From a virus (lineage: Duplodnaviria; Caudoviricetes): DNA of 41,571 bases. The stretch is taken from the IMG/VR virus record IMGVR_UViG_3300012952_003517, positions 1 to 41,571 of that record; one strand, 5' to 3'. Below the pieces are notes generated by a model, which was not told where the DNA came from, made no database searches, and saw only the letters and a program-made list of their open reading frames with translations. The first letter of the stretch is position 1. Each line of letters starts with the position of its first letter. Positions 1-6,521 of this stretch are shown here, piece by piece. The position numbers and the translations under genes were made by a program.

Positions 1-1
1 C

Positions 2-994
2 GAGTCAGGTAAATACACCCTAAATAGGGACTTATTAGCCAGTACAGTTAAAACAGCTATACGTCTACTTGATAACGTAATAGATTTAAACTTCTACCCA
101 ACAAAAGAAGCTGAAAACGCAAACATGCAACATAGGCCAATTGGTCTTGGCATGATGGCCACTCACGATGTATTACAGCTCGTTGACTTACAATACGATT
201 CAGATGAAGCCGTAAAGTACGTCGATGAACTTACCGAGTTCTTTTCTTATCATGCTATTCTTTCTTCTAGTAAGCTCGCTCAAGAAAGAGGTAGTTATAA
301 AACTTACTCTGGATCTTTATGGGATAAGGGCGAATTGCCTATTGATACCTACAATCGATTACTAGATTTTAGAAAAAAATCTTCGGGCACCCTCCGGGGG
401 GGTAAAATGGATTGGTCAGAAGTAAGGGAGAGTATTTCAAAATATGGAATCCGAAATAGCAACACTATGGCAATTGCTCCTACTGCCACTATTGGTTATA
501 TCAACGGTGTGGAGCAGAGCATCGAGCCGAACTTCTCGGTCCTCTTCGTCTACGAAAACAAAAGCGGAAACTTCTACATCACAAACGAACAATTCGTCAA
601 CGACATGAAAAAAGAGGGTATTTGGAACCCTCAGTTCGCGGAAGCTGTCAAGGAAGTGGATGGAGACGTAACGCTTCTCGATATCCCAGAAAAGTATAAA
701 GAGAAGTATAAAACTGCCTTTGATCGAGATATGTTCAAATTAATTGAATGTAACGCCGCTAGACAAAAGTGGATTGACCAAGGCATCTCATTTAATCTTT
801 ACAATAAAGGGACAAGCCTAAAATATCTCAATGACATTTATATGGCAGCTTGGGAAGCGGGCTTGAAAACTACGTATTATCTACGTAACCGAGGAGCTTC
901 CAAAGTTGAAAAGTCAACTAAAAAAGAATATACTGAAGAAGAACAAATAGCTTGTTCTATTGCCAACCCTGAAGCATGTGAGGCCTGCCAATAA
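2..994 (+). CDS. nrdA: Ribonucleotide reductase class I alpha subunit, C-terminal part (5' end outside window)
   Basis: The frame is open from position 2 (ESGKYTLNRDLLASTVKTAIRLLDNVIDLNFYP...), upstream of the ORF-track Met at 125. Motifs: HRPIGLG, IRNSNTMAIAPTATI, RQKWIDQGIS, GLKTTYYLR (YY radical-transfer pair) and the C-terminal redox tail CSIANPEACEACQ. Confidence 0.97.
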   Translation, partial: ESGKYTLNRDLLASTVKTAIRLLDNVIDLNFYPTKEAENANMQHRPIGLGMMATHDVLQLVDLQYDSDEAVKYVDELTEFFSYHAILSSSKLAQERGSYKTYSGSLWDKGELPIDTYNRLLDFRKKSSGTLRGGKMDWSEVRESISKYGIRNSNTMAIAPTATIGYINGVEQSIEPNFSVLFVYENKSGNFYITNEQFVNDMKKEGIWNPQFAEAVKEVDGDVTLLDIPEKYKEKYKTAFDRDMFKLIECNAARQKWIDQGISFNLYNKGTSLKYLNDIYMAAWEAGLKTTYYLRNRGASKVEKSTKKEYTEEEQIACSIANPEACEACQ

Positions 995-1755
995 TGGATT
1001 ACTCTAAAGTAAATATATTTTATCCCGTGATTGGATACACGGGGATGGTTCACTCTGATTACATGATGAGCACCATCGACTTTCTATCGGTTTGCAGACA
1101 GAAAGGAATCAAGATCGGATTAAGGTCTATTTGGTTTGAAAGCTTAATTAGCCGCGGAAGAAATGCGGCTGTAGCTTTCATGCTAAACAAAGACTATACC
1201 CACCTACTTTTTGTCGATACTGATATACAGTTTAACGCATTTGATGTTTTAAAACTGGTTGACGAAGACGATGATGTAGTAGTGGGAGTCTACCCCAAGA
1301 AGTATTTCAATGGTCAGAAAATCGAGCTAATGGCCTCGACAGGCAAGCTCCCCGAATACTGGAGGCATCTAGCAACCGATTTCTCCACAGAGCTAGATTT
1401 CGAAGAATTTAAAAAATCTAAAACTCAAACTTCGGTTGAAGCTAAATACGCAGCAACTGGCTTCATGCTCATAAAAAGAGAATGTATAGAAAAAATTATC
1501 AAAGAAAAACCAGAGCTTCATTACAAAAATGATATAGATGGATATATGGATGCGGGAGATAACTTTTACGATATTTTTCAGTGTAAAGTAAATGAAGAAA
1601 CTAAGAAGTATGAAAGCGAAGATTATGGCTTTTGTAAACTCTGGACATCTTTAGGCGGAAAGATAAAAGTCGTCTCTGACGTAAATCTTGGCCATCGCGG
1701 TTTTAATACTTACTTAGGGAATCTTAAAGCACAATCTACTTATTATACGAAATGA
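994..1755 (+). CDS. GT-A fold glycosyltransferase-like protein (phage GT2-like)
   Basis: Motifs ESLISRGRN, THLLFVDTD (DxD), ATGFMLIKR, YESEDYGFC and LGH match the small GT-A family common in aquatic phages. It overlaps the nrdA stop (TAATG) and the nrdB start (ATGA). Confidence 0.8.
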   Translation: MDYSKVNIFYPVIGYTGMVHSDYMMSTIDFLSVCRQKGIKIGLRSIWFESLISRGRNAAVAFMLNKDYTHLLFVDTDIQFNAFDVLKLVDEDDDVVVGVYPKKYFNGQKIELMASTGKLPEYWRHLATDFSTELDFEEFKKSKTQTSVEAKYAATGFMLIKRECIEKIIKEKPELHYKNDIDGYMDAGDNFYDIFQCKVNEETKKYESEDYGFCKLWTSLGGKIKVVSDVNLGHRGFNTYLGNLKAQSTYYTK

Positions 1756-2768
1756 GCGAATCAAAGAACGGACAAATACTTGGGAAAGATGTAGCGGGGG
1801 TTAACTGTATTCTTCCGCACAAGCATAAGACCGCTTGGGACTTATTCTTAAAGGGCTGCGCTAATAACTGGATGCCAACAGAAATCTCTATGGCAGACGA
1901 TATTAAGCAATGGAAAAACGGAGAAATAACTGACGATGAAAAACTTTTGGTCAAACGTTCACTCGGCTTCTTTGCCGGTAGTGAATCTCTTGTTGGTAAT
2001 AATTTATTACTTTCTGGTTTTAGGTACATTACTGATGCTGAGTGTCGCCAGTATATTCTTAGACAAGCGTTTGAGGAGAGCCTTCATAATCTTACTATTG
2101 TCTACGTTTGCGATTCTTTGGATCTTAAGATAGACGAAGTTTATCAGGCCTACCTAAACATTCCGTCAATTAAAGCTAAAGATGACTTCTTGATGAGCAT
2201 TACGACTGACTTAAGCAGGTCAGATTTTAACCCTCACACCCAAGAAGGTAAAAAAGAAATTTTAAGAAATTTTATTACTTACTGGATTGTTTGCGAAGGC
2301 ATCTTTTTCTTCAGTGGGTTTGCAATGTTGCTGGCACTTGGCCGCCAAAATAAAATGCAAGGTGTTGCTGATCAGATTAAATATACCCTACGAGACGAAA
2401 GCTCTCACATCAAATTCGGTACTTATGTAATCAATCAAATTATAGAGCAAAATCCTAAAATATGGACTAAAGCGTTTCAGCAAGAGGTAACCGAACATGT
2501 ACAGGAAGCTGTACAGCTTGAGATAGCCTATGCTAAAGATGTTTTACCTAGGGGTATTCTCGGGCTTAACGCTGAGATGTTTGTAGACTATATGCATTAC
2601 ATCGGCAACCGCAGGTTAGAAGGTATCGGCCTTGAATATAGATTTGAATCAGATAAAAATCCTTTCCCGTGGTTAGGGGAAGTAGTAGACGTTCAAGCTA
2701 TGGGGAACTTCTTTGAAAGAAGAGTTAGAGAATATCAACAATCGGGTTCCCTTGAAGATGACTTTTGA
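1752..2768 (+). CDS. nrdB: Ribonucleotide reductase beta subunit, class Ic (R2c, Mn/Fe)-like
   Basis: Ferritin-like ligands E78 (GFFAGSESLVGNN), EESLH, CEGIFFFSGF and RDESSH, plus C-terminal NFFERRVREYQ. The radical-Tyr position (His+4) is Ile and the first ligand is Glu, as in Chlamydia-type R2c. Confidence 0.95.
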   Translation: MSESKNGQILGKDVAGVNCILPHKHKTAWDLFLKGCANNWMPTEISMADDIKQWKNGEITDDEKLLVKRSLGFFAGSESLVGNNLLLSGFRYITDAECRQYILRQAFEESLHNLTIVYVCDSLDLKIDEVYQAYLNIPSIKAKDDFLMSITTDLSRSDFNPHTQEGKKEILRNFITYWIVCEGIFFFSGFAMLLALGRQNKMQGVADQIKYTLRDESSHIKFGTYVINQIIEQNPKIWTKAFQQEVTEHVQEAVQLEIAYAKDVLPRGILGLNAEMFVDYMHYIGNRRLEGIGLEYRFESDKNPFPWLGEVVDVQAMGNFFERRVREYQQSGSLEDDF

Positions 2769-2776
2769 TGTAACTT
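2768..2776 (+). promoter_or_regulatory. Candidate TG-TAnnnT promoter motif (ATGTAACTT)
   Basis: Weaker copy of the recurrent motif, ending 9 nt before ATG 2786. It is part of the small inverted repeat TGTAA-cttc-TTACA (2769-2782). Confidence 0.35.
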
Positions 2777-2785
2777 CTTACAGAT

Positions 2786-2980
2786 ATGCCTCGCTCAGAT
2801 GTTTTTTGCCCACTAGCTTTTAAATTAAAACAAACAACCTGTGAAATAATAGCTTTATGCAACTCATTAGAGCATTTCAAAGGAGAAAAACTTAATGGTG
2901 AATTAGTAGAGCTAGATAGAATCATAACCTCAATGCAAAAAGTTAAGAAAAGGTTAATTGAACAAGATGAATGTCTCTGA
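2786..2980 (+). CDS. Hypothetical helical protein (64 aa)
   Basis: ORF fills the gap after nrdB on the same strand and has an amphipathic helical pattern. No family recognised. Confidence 0.55.
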   Translation: MPRSDVFCPLAFKLKQTTCEIIALCNSLEHFKGEKLNGELVELDRIITSMQKVKKRLIEQDECL

Positions 2981-3161
2981 ATTTGAAAGAAATAAACCAG
3001 TGGAAACTCACAAAGCGATTATCTCCGCTAAGGAAAAGTACGAGAAGCTAATAAAGGACACTGTGGTTATGGAAGACACTGATGCTGTAAGAGTTGAAAT
3101 GTCCCGTATATTCTTAAATGATTTAAATAATATTTTTCAAAAATTCGTATCTGGTCGATAA
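2967..3161 (+). CDS. Hypothetical protein (~64 aa)
   Basis: The ORF track starts at TTG 2958; the in-frame ATG at 2967 is a more likely start. Helical, no family recognised. Confidence 0.6.
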   Translation: MNVSEFERNKPVETHKAIISAKEKYEKLIKDTVVMEDTDAVRVEMSRIFLNDLNNIFQKFVSGR

Positions 3162-3165
3162 TATT

Positions 3166-3174
3166 GTGTAAGAT
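3166..3174 (+). promoter_or_regulatory. Candidate promoter GTGTAAGAT for the DUF2589 pair (probably leaderless)
   Basis: Motif ends 5 nt before ATG 3180 and there is no Shine-Dalgarno sequence. Confidence 0.6.
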
Positions 3175-3179
3175 TATTT

Positions 3180-3788
3180 ATGGCTAGCATAGCAGATCAA
3201 TTCAAAGGGCTCCCAATTGGGACATTAATCGCAGAACCATTACTCGGAGCAGCAAAAGCACAGGGCCAACTTGCTCACACAACGGAACAGTTTATAAAAG
3301 ACATCGGACTCGAAGACGACGGAAACGGAAAACTTAGTGCTCGTACCGTGGAATTCGATTATGATGCTCCGGTAGAATCTAAAGCAGCAGACGGAACCAT
3401 CACCACAACTATTGAAAACCGAAAGATGAAGGTTCCATTGTTGTCAATCATTCAAACTCCCAACTTGGGAGTAAAAAGAGCCACTGTTGATTTTGACATG
3501 GAGGTTAAATCCAGTACTCAAGACACAAGCTCTGTAGACACAAAAACTGACTTAAGTGTTAAGTATGATAATTGGTGGTCTCCCGTGAAGGTAAACCTTA
3601 ACGCTTCTGTATCCACCAAAAGCGAAAATATTCGCAAAACTGATAACTCCGCAAAATATACTGTTCACGTAGAGGCCCGGGATGACGGAGCCCCTGAAGG
3701 GCTGATGAAGGTCCTTGACATTCTCGGAGCAGCTATCCAACCTGTTCCTGCTGGCGGTGGCGGTGGCGGTGGCGGCGGCAATAAATAA
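3180..3788 (+). CDS. DUF2589-family protein, long form with Ser/Thr-rich beta-hairpin and poly-Gly tail
   Basis: Motifs FKGLPIGTLIAEPLLGAAKAQ, VPLLSIIQTPNLGVKRATVDFDMEV and SAKYTVHVEA..PEGLMKVLDIL match my recollection of DUF2589. Confidence 0.8.
   Translation: MASIADQFKGLPIGTLIAEPLLGAAKAQGQLAHTTEQFIKDIGLEDDGNGKLSARTVEFDYDAPVESKAADGTITTTIENRKMKVPLLSIIQTPNLGVKRATVDFDMEVKSSTQDTSSVDTKTDLSVKYDNWWSPVKVNLNASVSTKSENIRKTDNSAKYTVHVEARDDGAPEGLMKVLDILGAAIQPVPAGGGGGGGGGNK
3753..3779 (+). repeat. (GGC/GGT)9 trinucleotide repeat encoding Gly9
   Basis: ggcggtggcggtggcggtggcggcggc, read directly at the 3' end of 3180..3788. Confidence 0.9.
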
Positions 3789-4264
3789 TGTCCGACGACA
3801 AATTATCTTATTCTAAATCTGGATCTTTCAAGGGTGCTCCTGCGTTAAAAACGTTTGATCACCTGATCCAGTGTCTTTATAACTCCGTAGTCTATGCTCA
3901 ACGTTATGTAGAAACTGAGCATTTAAAAAGGGTCATAGGCACGTATTTTGACGAGTATGGTCGGCCAATTACAAAAAAAATGATGCTTCCTACTAGTGAG
4001 GGAGAGCAAGAAGTAGAGATACCTCTCATGACCCTTGCCGGGCACAATCATCTTAAAATTGATTCTCTCGAAATGGAGTTTGATGTGGATTTAGGTCAGT
4101 TTGAGAACGAGGATAATCATAAAAAACGACGCATGATTGCTATGATTGGCCGTAAGGATCCTAAAAAAACTTTAGCAAAAGTAAAATTAACTATAAAAAA
4201 CGGCGAAACCCCTGAAGGACTAGCTAGGGTTAATGATAAAATTGTAAAAACTATCCCAACTTAA
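3788..4264 (+). CDS. DUF2589-family protein, short form
   Basis: Paralogue of the upstream gene (IPLMTLAGHNHLKIDSLEMEFDV; ETPEGLARVND). Coupled to it by a TAATG overlap. Confidence 0.75.
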   Translation: MSDDKLSYSKSGSFKGAPALKTFDHLIQCLYNSVVYAQRYVETEHLKRVIGTYFDEYGRPITKKMMLPTSEGEQEVEIPLMTLAGHNHLKIDSLEMEFDVDLGQFENEDNHKKRRMIAMIGRKDPKKTLAKVKLTIKNGETPEGLARVNDKIVKTIPT

Positions 4265-4270
4265 TATAAT
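4242..4270 (+). promoter_or_regulatory. Sigma70-type promoter TTGTAA-N17-TATAAT
   Basis: -35 at 4242-4247 (4/6 match to TTGACA), 17-nt spacer and a perfect TATAAT at 4265-4270. The predicted +1 falls on or near ATG 4277. Confidence 0.55.
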
Positions 4271-4276
4271 ATAACT

Positions 4277-4513
4277 ATGGCAAGTGGTTATTTAAGACTA
4301 ATGTTGGATTCAGCCCGTAGATGCGCAGCGGCAACTCAAGACGCGGCTGAGGATGCTAGGAAAGCGGCTCAGGAAGCTCAAAATGAGGCTCTAGAAATTG
4401 ACCAGATGGCTCAGGACGCGGCTTCAAAAGCGGTGGAAGCCAGCGAGAGAGTAAAAGTGCTAGAAGCTAAAATGCTTAAGCATGACAATATGGCAGAGCA
4501 AGCTGCCAGCTAA
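4277..4513 (+). CDS. Ala/Gln/Glu-rich coiled-coil protein (78 aa)
   Basis: Continuous helical pattern AAATQDAAEDARKAAQEAQNEA...AQDAASKAVEASER, with its own candidate promoter. Confidence 0.7.
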   Translation: MASGYLRLMLDSARRCAAATQDAAEDARKAAQEAQNEALEIDQMAQDAASKAVEASERVKVLEAKMLKHDNMAEQAAS

Positions 4514-4830
4514 ATTACCTTTCCCTTTACGAGATCAATTATTATAATTTGATTCTCTACTCGAATGTACTTAGCTACTACGGTATTTTGGTGGTTTCGG
4601 ACTTTAGTGTCTAATCTCAACCCCCTTTCTTCAAGTGGGTTGACGATATCTGATATAAAGTCAAACATACCCCTTTTCCTCAAGAAGTTCCAATATAAGT
4701 CCCTAGTGCCCTCTTCGCACTCTAACAGCACCTCCATTCCACAATCAATCCTACAGTACGACAACACGTACCTGAACGGAAGCGCTTCCGTTGGCGGCTC
4801 AGACAAAGGAGCATGAACCAAAAGATTCAT
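4510..4830 (-). CDS. Hypothetical alpha/beta protein (106 aa)
   Basis: Exactly fills the gap between + strand genes, is preceded by the GTGTAATAT motif, and its TAG stop overlaps the TAA of the convergent gene. Confidence 0.7.
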   Translation of the reverse strand: MNLLVHAPLSEPPTEALPFRYVLSYCRIDCGMEVLLECEEGTRDLYWNFLRKRGMFDFISDIVNPLEERGLRLDTKVRNHQNTVVAKYIRVENQIIIIDLVKGKVI

Positions 4831-4836
4831 AAAATA

Positions 4837-4845
4837 ATATTACAC
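4837..4845 (-). promoter_or_regulatory. Candidate promoter GTGTAATAT (leaderless)
   Basis: Minus-strand sequence GTG-TAATAT-TATTTT-ATG, with 6 nt between the hexamer and the ATG. Confidence 0.65.
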
Positions 4846-4847
4846 TA

Positions 4848-5384
4848 ATGACACAGAGAAATCTAGTAAATGATATTCCTATAACACATGACGGCTTTGC
4901 CCACGTGAGCTGTATCGTTGAAATTCCAAAAGGCACAAACACTAAATATGAATATAATGAAGAATATAACATTTTTGAATTAGAAAGATGTTTAGTTTCT
5001 TCTCTACAATATCCCGTAAATTATGGCTTTATTAGCCAAACTTTTGCATTAGACAACGATCCATTAGACGTTTTGATTTTTAATCACGACCCCATAGACA
5101 GAGGTAGTTTAGTGCAATGTAGGGTTTTAGGTGTTTTAGATTTTGTAGATAACGACGAAATAGACTATAAAGTAATAGCTGTCCCGCACTGGTCCCCAAA
5201 AAGCCGCTACCCAAGGTTAAACTCGATAGAGCCAGAACACCTTAAAATATTTAAACAATTTTTTCGCATCTACAAAATAGATCGTTCTAGCTCAACTAAA
5301 GTGGGAGAGTGGAAAAATGGCAAAAAAGCTAGTACGGTAGTTTTGGATGCTCATAATAGGTGGATAGAAAAACAGAAAGCGTGA
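4848..5384 (+). CDS. ppa: Family I soluble inorganic pyrophosphatase
   Basis: Motifs VEIPKG..KYEY, YPVNYGFI, DNDPLDVL (DxDPxD catalytic motif), DYKVIAVP and FFRIYK. Confidence 0.95.
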   Translation: MTQRNLVNDIPITHDGFAHVSCIVEIPKGTNTKYEYNEEYNIFELERCLVSSLQYPVNYGFISQTFALDNDPLDVLIFNHDPIDRGSLVQCRVLGVLDFVDNDEIDYKVIAVPHWSPKSRYPRLNSIEPEHLKIFKQFFRIYKIDRSSSTKVGEWKNGKKASTVVLDAHNRWIEKQKA

Positions 5385-5605
5385 ATTTTCCACATAAAGG
5401 GTACAAAGAGATAAAAGAGGATCGCCCCCCCATACCTCAAAACACCTGCCCACATATAGATAAGGCTCAAAAATATCTAGAGGGATTGAGGGATCAAAAT
5501 GAAGCTTTGAGAGATGTTGGTAAGTACTGGAGAGCTACAGCAATAAACCTACTACAAGAATGCTGTGATTTAAATAAGTATATTAAAGAAATTGAAAATG
5601 AGTAA
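5381..5605 (+). CDS. Hypothetical phage protein (PPIPQNTCPHID + coiled coil)
   Basis: An in-frame GTG at 5381 overlapping the ppa stop (GTGA) is the probable start; the ORF track gives 5360. The pattern P.P..TCP.ID...LE.LR..N..LR..G.YW resembles small aquatic-phage proteins. Confidence 0.65.
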   Translation: MNFPHKGYKEIKEDRPPIPQNTCPHIDKAQKYLEGLRDQNEALRDVGKYWRATAINLLQECCDLNKYIKEIENE

Positions 5606-5621
5606 AAAAAGGAAACAGTCG

Positions 5622-5630
5622 CTGTAATAA
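5622..5630 (+). promoter_or_regulatory. Candidate promoter CTGTAATAA (leaderless)
   Basis: Motif variant ending 6 nt before ATG 5637. Confidence 0.5.
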
Positions 5631-5636
5631 TACTAT

Positions 5637-6308
5637 ATGAAAAAACTAATACCACTATTGTTTGCGGGCTCTATATTGGCACAAGAGAACCCTTACGATA
5701 CAATCTCTAAACGGAACGCCTTCGCCTTACTTGAAGAAGCGCCAGCAAAAGTTGAGGTTCCAAAACTAATAGAGCAACCACCTATAAAACTTAACCTGAC
5801 GGGTATCATAACTAGGGCAGGAATTACTAACGTTTATATGTTTTCTAAAGATATACCGAAAAGGTTTTTGACGCTGTCCTCTAAAAGAAGAACGGACAGC
5901 GGGGTAACTCTTTTAAGCGTAGAGAGAGGGTTAGTAGAAGTAGACAACAACGGGGTGATAGAGCTGCTTTCGTTTGATACCCACAAACTACCGTCCATTG
6001 TCACATTACCCAAGCTTAACACCAAACCGACAATCATAAAAAAGAAAGACGACAAAAGTAAACCCCTCAATACTACGCCAGCAACCCCTAAACCAAACGT
6101 TGTTACTGTACCTTCTAGACGGCCAAAAATAGACCCAAGAGTCATTCAAAAAGGGCTGGAATATATAGATAGAATAGACGACAAAGAAAAAAAAGAATAT
6201 ATTCTTCAAAGGTTAGAAAGACTTCAAAGTGGTCAAGACAAACTGGATAGAAAAATTGACTCAAATGAGAGACGTAGGCAATACGACGAAAGAAGAAAAG
6301 ATAAGTGA
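5637..6308 (+). CDS. Secreted protein with GspC/PilP-like HR beta-domain
   Basis: Signal peptide MKKLIPLLFAGSILAQ, then NPY..I..RNAF, a Pro-rich linker, LNLTGII...GVTLLSVERGLVEVDNNG.IELLSF (GspC-HR/PilP pattern) and a charged C-terminal helix. Confidence 0.6.
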   Translation: MKKLIPLLFAGSILAQENPYDTISKRNAFALLEEAPAKVEVPKLIEQPPIKLNLTGIITRAGITNVYMFSKDIPKRFLTLSSKRRTDSGVTLLSVERGLVEVDNNGVIELLSFDTHKLPSIVTLPKLNTKPTIIKKKDDKSKPLNTTPATPKPNVVTVPSRRPKIDPRVIQKGLEYIDRIDDKEKKEYILQRLERLQSGQDKLDRKIDSNERRRQYDERRKDK

Positions 6309-6517
6309 CAATTCCCAAAAAGAGACTTATAGAATTTACAAATCTAGTTAATGAATGCTGCGTGATTATGGATCACGATTATGTCGCAGATTGGCTTAAT
6401 AAACCAAATCCCGACTTAAACATGGACAGCCCTATGGATGTATTTAACCTTGATGAAAACCCAGACAGGATTTACCAACTTTTGTATTTTATTGACATAG
6501 GGGAAGCTGACCTATAA
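6305..6517 (+). CDS. Stand-alone antitoxin Xre/MbcA/ParS toxin-binding domain (DUF2384-like)
   Basis: VADWLNKPNPDLNMDSPMDVF...DRIYQLLYFIDIG matches the family pattern A..WL..PN..L....P.D.L......V..LL..I..G. GTG start overlaps the previous stop. Confidence 0.75.
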   Translation: MTIPKKRLIEFTNLVNECCVIMDHDYVADWLNKPNPDLNMDSPMDVFNLDENPDRIYQLLYFIDIGEADL

Positions 6518-6521
6518 ACAC

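Noticed and set aside
1-2768. Intron, intein or homing endonuclease in the RNR genes
   Set aside because: The visible nrdA part and nrdB are continuous and of normal length. The intervening gene has GT motifs, not HNH, GIY-YIG or LAGLIDADG motifs.
3753-3779. Poly-Gly trinucleotide tract as a phase-variation switch
   Set aside because: It is an in-frame triplet repeat two codons before the stop, so slippage would only change tail length.
4565-4816. 83-aa + strand ORF as an alternative to the 106-aa minus-strand gene
   Set aside because: Ser-rich and shadow-like. The minus ORF tiles the gap exactly and has the promoter motif at the expected spacing.
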